Assembly (NCBI GenBank): GCA_965237415.1
Contig: CBDEFM010000002.1
Location: forward strand, 3,648,001 to 3,712,000
DNA length: 64,000 nucleotides
Origin: Alphaproteobacteria bacterium
GTDB taxonomy: Bacteria > Pseudomonadota > Alphaproteobacteria > UBA828
Reading direction: 5' to 3'
The position numbers and the translations under genes are program-made. This document shows, one piece after another, positions 9,594 to 19,500 of the stretch. Numbering within the stretch: position 1 is the first letter of the stretch; every line of letters starts with the position of its first letter. Under the pieces are notes generated by a model. That model saw only the letters and a list, made by a program, of their open reading frames with translations, was not told where the DNA came from and searched no databases.

Positions 9594-10505
9594 TCAAGCT
9601 AGTCCAAATGAACTTGCGACGTGTTCATTCAAAGGTACAGTCGGATCTATACACTTGCAGATGAAGTAAGCATAAGCGATAAGGTATACTATGAGTTCGT
9701 CCCACACGTCATAATAGACATCTAAAGGAACTTCAGGTGGAGCCGCCCGCCTTTCGCCAAGCCAAACAATGTGTGCACCTGCATTTTCGAAAAAATGTTC
9801 TTCGATGAATTTTTTTAATTTAGCTTTCGGTTTACCGTTATTCCACAATCCGCATTGCTTCAGTATATCTTCGGCAAATTCCTCCAAATTTTCAACTACA
9901 CCACGATTGTGCACAATTCGATGACGAAGCTTCTCGACCAATTCAATCGCAACACGAAGATGGACCTCGTATATGTTGTTTTCTTCCACCGACTTTAGAT
10001 CAGGACATAATTCACGTATTCGGGTGAGTATCTCTCTATGTTTGAGCCTGTACTTTCTCCTTACGGCATTTAGATACCAGTCAAAGTGCTTGTCGTCCAG
10101 CTCTGAGAGTTTGACGCGGCCAAAATCTTCAAGATTCCAAGCATTCCGATTCGTTCTTCCTATATGTGCGTATATCCTCTCCAGGAAATCTTCAAATTCT
10201 TCATATGCCTCGACCAGCAACCATCCATACTGCCTATTTTTCTGTTGAAAGACTCTATCACGCTGACGCGTCGCATCGGACTTGATAAAGCCGTACCTCA
10301 CTAACTCTCCTGTCTTCAAGTCCTGAAAATGCGTCGACTGCATAGAATAGAATTGCAGAATATCGCTCTCAGTCGCCGCATTCCGCTCAATGAACTCGGA
10401 AAGCCGTTCTAGTTCGTCTTTTGTTACATCTTTAACTATATTTCTATAGATTTGTATCCCAACGAGGCGGCCTTGAAGAAGGTCAAGTATCTCGGATATT
10501 TCCAT
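9594..10505 (-). CDS. AT-rich hypothetical protein with HEPN-like Rx4H motif
   Basis: LRHRIVHNRG (R-x4-H) plus upstream AYEEFEDFL helix; visibly lower GC than flanks. Confidence 0.6.
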   Translation of the reverse strand: MEISEILDLLQGRLVGIQIYRNIVKDVTKDELERLSEFIERNAATESDILQFYSMQSTHFQDLKTGELVRYGFIKSDATRQRDRVFQQKNRQYGWLLVEAYEEFEDFLERIYAHIGRTNRNAWNLEDFGRVKLSELDDKHFDWYLNAVRRKYRLKHREILTRIRELCPDLKSVEENNIYEVHLRVAIELVEKLRHRIVHNRGVVENLEEFAEDILKQCGLWNNGKPKAKLKKFIEEHFFENAGAHIVWLGERRAAPPEVPLDVYYDVWDELIVYLIAYAYFICKCIDPTVPLNEHVASSFGLA

Positions 10506-10742
10506 CGTCGGCGCCCTCGCTGTCTCCGATGATCAATCTGACGTCGAGAACAGACGCAAACATCCATTACCGATTAATCCTAGTGCGTCCAGACAAAATC
10601 GCTGGCGCCGCTCGTGATCCTTATTTTTAGCGAGGCGCCACATGGCAATTCAACAATCCATTCTCCGCCCTGAGCGTTATGGGCAATCGCTGTCCATTAG
10701 CCAATACGCTCAACGATCAATCCACCCTATCCGCTCTACGCA

Positions 10743-10935
10743 CTACAGGATATCCCCCGCAATGCTGCCGGCGACCCGCTCCGCCGCCTCGTGGAGAGAG
10801 TCGCGCGCCAGATGGGCGTCGCGCGCCGTCGTTTCGATGTCGCTGTGGCCGAGCAGCTTGCCGATCAACGGCAGGGTCTCGCCGAGCGCCAGCGCACGGG
10901 AAGCGAAGGTGTGTCGGAGATCGTGCAGCCAAACG
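10743..10935 (-). pseudogene. Tyrosine integrase C-terminal remnant
   Basis: HDLRHTFASRALALGETLPLIGKLLGH motif. Confidence 0.85.
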
Positions 10936-11010
10936 TGCTCAAGCGAGCCCTGGCGCGGGCGGTCTGCTAAACATCCTCGGCACGCCCGTCCGCTAGTTGG
11001 CCCTTCCCGG

Positions 11011-12003
11011 ATGATCACGACCCTTCCCTGCATTCTCGTCGCCCACGACCCGCCGCCGGACGCGCGCGCCGCCTACCGGCAAGAGCTCGGCTCCGACTGC
11101 GAACTGCTCTTCCGGTCCGATCTCGCGCCGCCGGAGTGGGACGCCGCGCGGGCGCGGGCGCGGGTGCTGATCGCCCAGAACCCCCGGATCGAGATCACGG
11201 CCGACGATGTCGCAGCGATGACGTCGCTCTGCTTCGTGCAGCTCTTGACCGCAGGCGTCGATCACGTGCCGCTGCATCTCTTCCCGCGCGATCTGGCAAT
11301 TGCCTCGAACGCGGGCGCCTACGCCGGCCCAATGGCGGAGTTTGTGCTGGCAATGACGCTGGCTGCCGCCAAGCGCCTGCCCGTTGAGCACAGGGAGATG
11401 CGCGAGGGGCGGTTCAACCAGTTCGTCGCCAACAAGACGCTCGAGGGAGCGGCTTGCGCGATTCTCGGCTTCGGCGGCGTCGGGCGCGCTGCGGCCCGGC
11501 TGTTCCGGGCGCTGGGCGCCGAGATCCACGCCATGAACCGGAGCGGCGAGACCGACGAGGAGGTGGCGTTCATCGGCACCCTGGCGGTGCTGGAAGATGT
11601 GCTCCGCCGCGCCGATATCGTCGTCATCTCGCTGTCCCTGACCGAGACGACAGCGGGACTGATCGGCGCTCGCGAGCTCGGCTGGATGAAGGACGATGCG
11701 ATCCTGGTTAATGTCGCGCGCGGCGAAATCGTCGACCAGAACGCGCTCTACCGCCATCTGGTCGACAAGGAGCGGTTCTTCGCTTGCCTGGAATCGTGGT
11801 GGATTGAACCGGTGCGGCACGGTCAGTTCCGCATCGCCCACCCGTTTCTGGACTTGCCCAACGTGATCGCCGCGCCGCACAATTCCGCGAGCGTGCCCGG
11901 CGCGCAGGTCCAAGCGGTGCACCAGGGCGCACGCAACGTGCGCCGATGGCTGGACGGCGAGGTGCCCCGAAACCTGTTGGGTGCGGACGAGCGCGGCACC
12001 TGA
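11011..12003 (+). CDS. D-isomer-specific 2-hydroxyacid dehydrogenase
   Basis: AGVDH, ILGFGGVG Rossmann motif, LVNVARG, APHN motifs. Confidence 0.9.
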   Translation: MITTLPCILVAHDPPPDARAAYRQELGSDCELLFRSDLAPPEWDAARARARVLIAQNPRIEITADDVAAMTSLCFVQLLTAGVDHVPLHLFPRDLAIASNAGAYAGPMAEFVLAMTLAAAKRLPVEHREMREGRFNQFVANKTLEGAACAILGFGGVGRAAARLFRALGAEIHAMNRSGETDEEVAFIGTLAVLEDVLRRADIVVISLSLTETTAGLIGARELGWMKDDAILVNVARGEIVDQNALYRHLVDKERFFACLESWWIEPVRHGQFRIAHPFLDLPNVIAAPHNSASVPGAQVQAVHQGARNVRRWLDGEVPRNLLGADERGT

Positions 12004-12293
12004 AAAGCCAGGCAGCAGTTCGGCTCTCAAACGCGGGTCGTTGCTGCGCGTGTAAGGCAGGCGCCGCCGCCGATTTGTACGCCGGACATGCCGGTCAGGA
12101 AACGAACGCGGTGCCGTTCACGTCCGCGTGCGCTGGTTCTTGATTCTTGATGATTCCCAATAAATTCCCAACTGTCGATGCCAGGCGGGAGCCTGCAGTG
12201 TTGTTAAGCGATGGAGTGGACGCCCCCTTCCGGCGGCATGGCAATGTGCCATGTTGGCGGTGTCGTCAACGCCAAGAGAGGAAAGGGGCATCC

Positions 12294-13322
12294 ATGGAAC
12301 GGGTTAGCATGATCGGGATCGATCTGGCAAAGAACAGCTTTCAAGCTCACGGTGCGCGGGCGGACGGTTCGGTTGCGTTCCGCAGGAAGCTGAGTCGGGC
12401 GAAGATTTTGGATTTTATGGCCTCACAGCCGCGCTGCACGGTAGTGATGGAGGCGTGTGCCAGCGCCCATTACTGGGGCCGGGAGATCGGCGGTCTAGGC
12501 CATGCGGTGCGACTGATCCCTCCGGTTTATGTCAAAGCCTACGTCAAGCGGCAAAAGAACGACGCGGCCGACGCCGAGGCGATATGCGAGGCGGCATCGC
12601 GGCCGACCATGAGTTTCGTGGCGGTGAAGACGAAGGAGCAGCAGGCGCGGGGCATGCTGTTCCGGACACGCGATCTTCTGGTGCGCCAGCGCACACAGAC
12701 GATCAACGCGCTGCGCGGCCATCTGGCGGAGTTCGGCGTTGTTGCGCCCAAGGGGCCGGTCCATATCGATCGCCTGGCGTCGGCGCTTGAGGATCAGGTC
12801 TCGGACCTGCCGGAGGCGGTCTGCGCGCTGGGTGGCCTTCTGTTTGAGCAGATTGAAGGTCTCAATGGGAAGATCGGAGACTTGGAGCGGGAGACCCATA
12901 CGGCTGCGCGGCAGGATGAGGACGTGCAACGGCTTATGACCGTGCCAGGGATCGGGCCGATCACCGCGATGGCGATCCAAGCCTTCGCGCCGCCGATGGA
13001 GAGCTTCCAGCGGGGTCGCGACTTCTCTGCCTGGCTGGGCCTCGTACCGCGCCAGCACACGACCGGCGGCAAGCCGAGATTGGGCAAGATATCGAAGATG
13101 GGTCAGCGCGATCTTCGGCGGCTGCTGATCACGGGCGCCATGGCGGTTGTGCGCTGGTCGGTCCGGCGTGGCAGGACAGACGATCCGTGGCTCGCCAGGA
13201 TGCTGGCGTGCAAGCCGCGGATGCTTGTCGCAGTGGCGCTGGCCAACCGGATGGCGCGTATCGTCTGGGCGCTGATGACGAAGAAGGAGATCTACCGGGC
13301 TCCCGCGCTCGAAGCCGCCTGA
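12294..13322 (+). CDS. IS110 family transposase
   Basis: IGIDLAK, MEAC, KNDAADA (DEDD), GLVPRQHTTGGK motifs. Confidence 0.95.
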   Translation: MERVSMIGIDLAKNSFQAHGARADGSVAFRRKLSRAKILDFMASQPRCTVVMEACASAHYWGREIGGLGHAVRLIPPVYVKAYVKRQKNDAADAEAICEAASRPTMSFVAVKTKEQQARGMLFRTRDLLVRQRTQTINALRGHLAEFGVVAPKGPVHIDRLASALEDQVSDLPEAVCALGGLLFEQIEGLNGKIGDLERETHTAARQDEDVQRLMTVPGIGPITAMAIQAFAPPMESFQRGRDFSAWLGLVPRQHTTGGKPRLGKISKMGQRDLRRLLITGAMAVVRWSVRRGRTDDPWLARMLACKPRMLVAVALANRMARIVWALMTKKEIYRAPALEAA

Positions 13323-13575
13323 GAGGGTGGCAAAGCGCGGGTAGCCGTCGGGGATGCGGGCAGGTCGGAGGACAGGCAAGGGCAAACGGTCGACGAGACG
13401 GGATCGGGAAACCCAGCTTTGCGCGGAGAGCTTTCGAGCTCGCATAAGCGATTTGGACCCGGTCCGCGCATCTCCATGAGGGCCCGCGGCGTGTGACGTG
13501 CCGCATCGAGAGGCCGGACACACGACAGAACCTGACCGAATGTGCCGAGCCGACCAAAGAAACCGCTTGCGTCTA
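13323..13575 (+). ncRNA. Putative bridge/seek RNA of IS1111 copy 1
   Basis: Contains TAAGCG (13445-13450) and GCGCG (13421-13425) matching the target flanks, and ACACACG (13518-13524) matching the element right end; boundaries approximate. Confidence 0.7.
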
Positions 13576-13898
13576 CGGGGGCGTCCACACACGCGCCTTG
13601 TTGACCCCCCGCAATGCAGCAAGATCAATGAATTACTGCGCCGATCGGCGCCGAACCTACGCGCCGAGCAACACGCGGGTGCCGTCTCGGGTCCGGTGCG
13701 TCTTCCATAGTCTGCACTGCTGCTATGTAGACTCTGCGATGTCCGGCACAATATAGCACACTAACCAGCATTCAATACACATGGGCATAGTATCCTTCCC
13801 TCTCCATAACGCAGCTTGGCTCAACCAGAAAGCATATGGTCCCCGCAAATGTCCCATCCACCCAGAGACCGTCCCTTTGCATAGTATGGCATCGCAAT

Positions 13899-15087
13899 CT
13901 AGTCACCTGGCACTGAAGTAAGGCTCAGTGTAGGCTGTTCATCGTGGTGTGGCTGTGGAGGTCATTGCGATGGCGCGTGGTACTGGCCGGCCGATGGCGG
14001 TCTTGGTTCTGAGCGATGAAGAGCGGTCGTATCTTGAGCGTCAGGCTCGACGGCGCCGGGTCGCGCGCTCGATCTCCGATCGCTGCCGCATGATCCTGCG
14101 CTGCGCAGACGGCCTGACCAACAAGGCGGTGGCAGCCGAGATCGGCGTGCACGAGCACACGGTCGGCAAGTGGCGCCGCCGCTTCCTGAAGGAGCGCATC
14201 GAGGGGCTGTCGGATGAGCCTCGGCCGGGACGGCCGCGAACGCTCACGGACGATCAGGTGGCCAAGGTTGTCGAGCGGACGCTCAGCGCGACGCCGGCGG
14301 ACGCCACCCATTGGTCGTTGCGCTCGATGGCCAGGGAAAGCGGCCTTTCGCACACGACGATCTGGCGCATCCGGGGCGCCTTCGGCTTGCAGCCGCACCG
14401 CTCGGAGACCTTCAAGCTGTCGGGCGATCCGCACTTCGTGGACAAGGTCCGCGACATCGTTGGGCTCTATCTCTCGCCGCCGGACCGCGCGCTGGTGCTC
14501 TGCGTCGACGAGAAGAGCCAGATCCAGGCGCTCGACCGTACACAGCCGGTCCTGCCGATGCTGCCGGGCATGCCTGAGCGGCGCACACACGACTACAAGC
14601 GTCACGGCACCACCTCGCTGTTCGCAGCCCTCGATGTCGCCACGGGCCGGGTCATCGGCAAGTGCTACAGGCGCCACCGGGCCAGGGAGTTTCTCGACTT
14701 CCTGAAAGAGATCGACCGCTCGGTCCCCGAGGGGCTGGACGTCCACATCGTCATGGACAATTACGCCACTCACAAGACCGCGGCGGTCAAGGCTTGGCTG
14801 GCGCGGCGAGCGCACTGGCATGTCCACTTCACGCCGACGTCGGCGTCCTGGATCAATCAGGTCGAACGCTGGTTCGCCGAGTTGACGCGAAAGCAGTTGC
14901 AGCGCGGCGTGCACACCTCCACCCGCCAGCTCGAAGCCGATATCCGGGCCTTCATCGAAAAGCACAACGAAGACCCCAAGCCCTTCAGGTGGACCAAATC
15001 GGCCGACGACATCCTCGCCGCCGTCAAACGCTTCTGCCTCCGCGTCGATCAAAACTTATGCCACGAACTTTAGATTCAGGTGACTAG
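13899..15087 (+). mobile_element. IS630 family element (transposase 13970-15073)
   Basis: [32 protein letters not shown] motifs; ends CTAGTCACCTG...CAGGTGACTAG. Confidence 0.95.
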
Positions 15088-15101
15088 TTCCCCAAATGCA
15101 A

Positions 15102-15234
15102 CTAGTCATCTGGCACTGAAGTTGAGATCATTATAGATTAGCAGTGCTGCCACACTAAGTCGCTCTATTGTCGAAGAATTTAGTCGTTCAACATAGTTAG
15201 CTTTATGTGGCGAACTTCAGATTCAGGTGACTAG
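15102..15234 (-). mobile_element. 133-bp IS630-related MITE, subtype A
   Basis: Ends match the adjacent IS630; reverse complement of 41003-41135. Confidence 0.92.
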
Positions 15235-15429
15235 GGAACCCGAGATCGCTCGCAACCGCTCATGGTCACGAACCGAACACGCCCCTTGCATCAACCCCTA
15301 ACTCATTGTAATATAGGCAAGTGATCGAGAGAAAGATGACCCTATCGAAAATCCTATGCAACGTTCGTCCCAAGCACCTGCCTACCGCACCTACCTACCA
15401 CACCACCTCTCGGGACACCAACTCTGCGG

Positions 15430-16542
15430 GCCAGGGCTGGCGCAACGGCGTGCGCATGGGTCGTCTGAAGACGGCGGAAGGGCTGGTGGACTATGCGGCG
15501 CCGCAGATCGCCGGCCGCGAGGAGACGTTCCGCCCCGAGATCCGCAACAACCTGAAGGGCCGCACCCAGGCACTGGAGGACCTGGCGGTGGAGCTTCTGG
15601 CGCGCGGCCTCTCTGTGCGCGACATCGAGGACGCGTTCCGGGACGAGAGCGGTCGGCTGTTGCTGTCGCGGACGGCGGTCTCGGAGATCGGCGAGCGGCT
15701 GTGGGCGGACTACCAGGAGTTCGCCGGCCGCGATCTGTCGGAGTACGACATCGCCTACCTGTTCGTGGACGGCATCGCCGAGCGCATCCGCCCTGGCCAG
15801 AGGCGCGAGCCGGTGCTGGCGGCCTGGGGCTTCACGGCGACCGCGCCAAGGCGCTGCTGCACCTGATGGCCGGCTCCAAGGAGGACGCGGAGACGGTGAG
15901 CGCCTTTCAGGACATGCGTGGGCGCGGACTCGGCGATCCGCTGCTGGTGGTCTCGGACGGTGCGGCGGGCATCATCAAGGCGATCGAGATCTGCTTCCCG
16001 CGATCGGTGCGTCAGCGCTGCCTCGCCCATCGTATGCGGAACCTGGCTGCCAAGGTGCCGGAGGACCTTTGGCCCGAGTTCAAGGCACGCGTCAGCGCCG
16101 CCTACCAGGCTCCCTCCCGCGCCATCGCCCGCGACCTGGCCACCGGCGTGGTTGCCGACTACCAGAGCGAACTGCCGAGCGCGAGCGCCTGCTTCGAGGA
16201 CGACTTCGAGGCCTGCATCGCGCACCTGCGCATGCCGATCACCCACCGCCGCGCGATCCGGACGACGAAACTCCTTGAGCGTCTGTTCGTCGAGGAGCGC
16301 CGGCGGCTCAAGACCATCCCCAACGCCTTCGGCGAGAAGGCCGTGCTCAAGCTCATGTTCGGCGCCATGATCCGCGCCGCCGAGCGCTGGCGGGCCATCA
16401 GGGTCTGCGAGCTCGAGCGCCGTCAGATGCGCGCCGTCAGAGAGGAGCTCGACCACGAATACGAGGCCCAGAACGGCCTCGGCACAAAGGCCTCAGCGCC
16501 CGCACACCAGGATAAAATATCCAGCACATCTTGGACTTGACC
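15430..16542 (+). pseudogene. IS256 family transposase, 5'-truncated and frameshifted
   Basis: YLFVDGI, VVSDG, QRCLAH, IRTTKLLER motifs split over two frames near 15840. Confidence 0.85.
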
Positions 16543-16767
16543 CTGGTCGGCGCTCATCCCGCCATACTCCTTGCGCCATCTGCAATACGTGACCTCGCTG
16601 ATCCCCAACTGTCGGATCGCGTCCGCCATCGACATGCCCTGGCCGTGCAGGACCTCCGCCTGCCGCAGCATGCTGACGATCTCCTCCGGCTTGTAACGCT
16701 TCCTTGCCATCGTTGGTCCTCCTCATTCCCAAACCTAAGGATGGACCAATCCGATGGGGGAGGATCA
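16543..16767 (-). mobile_element. IS3 family left end with truncated orfA
   Basis: MARKRYKPEEIV...GISEVTYCRWRKEYGG; TG terminus at 16767; cut off by the IS256 end. Confidence 0.85.
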
Positions 16768-16877
16768 GACCCCAATCGATGCAGACTCGTCCGCCGCCCC
16801 AAACGCCTTGATATTTTGGTACGTCTGGTTTGATTGTCCGGAGCGAAGAGGACAAGACACAGGGGTCCAATCGTCAG

Positions 16878-17876
16878 TCAGGTCAACCCCTGCTCTTTCC
16901 GTCCGCGCACGAGTTGTGAGGCGGACACGGCCAGAATCAGCGCGGCACCGTTGAACAAATTCTGCACGAAAGTATCGACGCCAAGGAAGTTGAGACCGGT
17001 GATGCCGGTCACCAGGAAAAACACCGCGATAATCGAGCCCGGCGGGTTGAACCGACCCGGAACGATGCTCGTCGCGCCGAGGAACGCGGCGGCAAAGGCC
17101 GGGAGCAGAAAGGTGAGGCCCGACAGCGGGTCGGCGCCGCCCGTCGTGCCGATGTTAATGATGCCGGCGAGCGTGGCGATGATACTGGAAGCCACGAGGG
17201 CCACGGCGCGGACGCGCACCACGCTGATACCGGACAGGCGGGCGACCTCGCGTCCGCGGCCAACGAACAGGAGGCGCCGGCCGATGGGCGTGAACTCGAA
17301 GACGTACCAAATGATCACGCCCAGAGCCATCGCGTAGTAGAAGGCCAAAGGAATATCGAAGAGGCGATTGACGATGACCCAGTCAATCAGGCCGGGCGAC
17401 ACGCCGCTCAGCGTCTGCGAGCTACTGATCCACAGGATGAGACCCTGGATGACCGACGCCGTGCCGAGGGTCACGATCAAGGAGTGTATTCGGAAGTAGA
17501 TAATAAAGAACGCATTGATGAGGCCGACGATCAGCCCCATGGCCAGGCACGCCAGAACCGCCTGCCATAGCGGCAGGCCCATCTTGGCATTCAGAACGGC
17601 GAGGATCATCGCCGAGAAGGTCAGTACGGCGGCGACCGAAACGTCGAAGTCACCCGCCGTGAGCGGGATTATCAGGCCCAAGGTCAGCACGACCAGCACG
17701 GCCTGGGAGCCGAAAATAATGGAGGAGAAGGTAGGCCACTGGAGAAAGGATGGCGGGGCCGCAACGGCGAAAATGACGATCAACGCGATCCAGGCCAGGA
17801 TCAGCGCGTACCTTTCCAGCACGACAAGCCAATCAATTCTCTTCTCCTTTGCAGATACCTCGGTCCCTTCAGCCAT
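16878..17876 (-). CDS. Sugar ABC transporter permease (RbsC-like)
   Basis: AGDFDVSV, LIVTLG, GRRLLFVG...ARLSGI motifs; many TM helices. Confidence 0.92.
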   Translation of the reverse strand: MAEGTEVSAKEKRIDWLVVLERYALILAWIALIVIFAVAAPPSFLQWPTFSSIIFGSQAVLVVLTLGLIIPLTAGDFDVSVAAVLTFSAMILAVLNAKMGLPLWQAVLACLAMGLIVGLINAFFIIYFRIHSLIVTLGTASVIQGLILWISSSQTLSGVSPGLIDWVIVNRLFDIPLAFYYAMALGVIIWYVFEFTPIGRRLLFVGRGREVARLSGISVVRVRAVALVASSIIATLAGIINIGTTGGADPLSGLTFLLPAFAAAFLGATSIVPGRFNPPGSIIAVFFLVTGITGLNFLGVDTFVQNLFNGAALILAVSASQLVRGRKEQGLT

Positions 17877-19500
17877 GTACCTGCTCCGTTGAGTGCACGG
17901 CTGTGCCGGCCTCTCCCTGATTGCCCGATGCCAGACTGAGAACGGTCTGTTCGGCGATGCGGTCCTTGGTGACATCGCTGCCGACCAGCTCTCGGACGAC
18001 CCGACCGCGCGCAAAGATCAGAACGCGGTCGCAGATCGCCGCGAGTTGCCCGTAGTCGGTACTGGCGCAGATGACCGCCGCACCCTGCTCCGCCACATCG
18101 CGGATCGCACCAAAGACCTGCTGCCGGGCGCCGACGTCCACGCCCTGGGTCGGCTCGTCCAGCAGCATGAGAAACGGGCTCGTCTGCATCCATTTGGCGA
18201 GCAGAACCTTTTGCTGATTGCCGCCGGAAAGAGACTCGAGTTCCCTCTCCGGCACGTTGGGTCGCACGTCGAATTCCCTGCCCAGCTCGGACGCCCTGCG
18301 CCGCATCGCACGGCGCTTCAGGCCGGTCAGGCTTTGGAACGAGGACAGGACAGGAAGGGTGATGTTGTCGATGAGTGTCAGGTCGGCGACGCCCGCCGCC
18401 CCCAAGCGGTCGCCGGGAAGCAGCGCAATACCTCCCTCGATCGCCCGCTGCGGCGACATGTCACGCAGTTGGTATGTCTTGTCGTGCAGATTGAGCGTGC
18501 CCGAACCGGCCCGCGAAGCGCCGAACAGCAGGTAGAGCACCTCGTCGAAACCGGAGCCGATCAAACCGGTCAGGCCCAGCACCTCGCCGCGGTGCAGCTC
18601 CACGGAGAGATCGACAACGGTGCCGCCGGTCAGACCGTTCACGGCCACATCGACTTCCGCTCCGCGCAGGTCGTGCGCTTCGGCGTGGAACGCCTCGATA
18701 CGGCGCCCGATGATCAACTCCACGAAATCGGTGTGCAAAGCCTTTGCGGTTTCGAGGGTTCCGGCAACACGGCCATCGCGCAGAACGGTGGCGCGGTCGG
18801 TGATCTCGAGCACCTCATCGACGTCGTGCGAAACGAAAACGACGCTTGCACCTTCGTCGACGATGCCACGCACCAGTTCGAAGAGCTGGCTGACGCCTGC
18901 TTTGGGCAGAAACGGCGTGGGCTCGTCGAGAAAGAGGATGCCTGGTGTATGGTGCGCTGCGCGTTCGCCGCGAATGTCGTCGAAGGCGCGAACGATGGCG
19001 AGAAGCGCGCGCTCCACCTGCGGGAGATCTTCTACCTTGACCGACGGATCCAGGTTGAGGCCGAAGCGCGCGAAGACATCTCTGGCACGTTGCCTTTCGC
19101 GCGCCCAATTGATGTAGGCGCCGGCGCGCATCGCAAGATCGCCGAGCATCAGGTTTTCCAGCACCGTCAGGCTCGGAATGAGGCCGAGATGCTGGTGCAC
19201 GAAGGCGAGCCCCAGTCCGCGGAATTGGCCGGGCGCCAGAGGCAGTTGCACGGAACGCCCGAAGATTTGCAGGGACGCGCCCGGATCCGGGGCATGAAAG
19301 CCCGCCAGAATTTTAATCAGGGTCGACTTGCCGGAGCCGTTCTGGCCCAGGAGCCCATGAACTTCGCGCGGCACGACCGTGAAGGCGACATCGCTGAGCG
19401 CCTTCTCGCCGCCGAATGTCTTCGACGCGTGCTCCGCAAACAGAGCGGGGGCGCTGGTGTCCGGCGCCCCCGTCCCGAGATCGGAGTGACTGCTACTCAA
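17869..19500 (-). CDS. Sugar ABC transporter ATP-binding protein (RbsA-like); start approximate
   Basis: GQNGSGKST, LDEPT twice, LSGGNQQK. Confidence 0.92.
   Translation of the reverse strand: MSSSHSDLGTGAPDTSAPALFAEHASKTFGGEKALSDVAFTVVPREVHGLLGQNGSGKSTLIKILAGFHAPDPGASLQIFGRSVQLPLAPGQFRGLGLAFVHQHLGLIPSLTVLENLMLGDLAMRAGAYINWARERQRARDVFARFGLNLDPSVKVEDLPQVERALLAIVRAFDDIRGERAAHHTPGILFLDEPTPFLPKAGVSQLFELVRGIVDEGASVVFVSHDVDEVLEITDRATVLRDGRVAGTLETAKALHTDFVELIIGRRIEAFHAEAHDLRGAEVDVAVNGLTGGTVVDLSVELHRGEVLGLTGLIGSGFDEVLYLLFGASRAGSGTLNLHDKTYQLRDMSPQRAIEGGIALLPGDRLGAAGVADLTLIDNITLPVLSSFQSLTGLKRRAMRRRASELGREFDVRPNVPERELESLSGGNQQKVLLAKWMQTSPFLMLLDEPTQGVDVGARQQVFGAIRDVAEQGAAVICASTDYGQLAAICDRVLIFARGRVVRELVGSDVTKDRIAEQTVLSLASGNQGEAGTAVHSTEQVHG

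Larger units (their letters stand above)
12211..13593 (+). mobile_element. IS110 family, IS1111-type element (copy 1)
   Basis: Sub-terminal IRs TGGACGCCCC/GGGGCGTCCA, CG core at both junctions, ~270-bp non-coding 3' region. Confidence 0.92.
12199..13673. mobile_element. 92-bp IS21-like mini-element interrupted by an IS1111-type element
   Basis: Removing 12211-13593 restores a 92-bp TGTTG...CAACA unit colinear with 43724-43815 and 59425-59516. Confidence 0.8.

Noticed and set aside
10642-11010. N-terminal extension of the dehydrogenase
   Set aside because: Antisense read-through of an integrase remnant; the plausible start is ATG 11011
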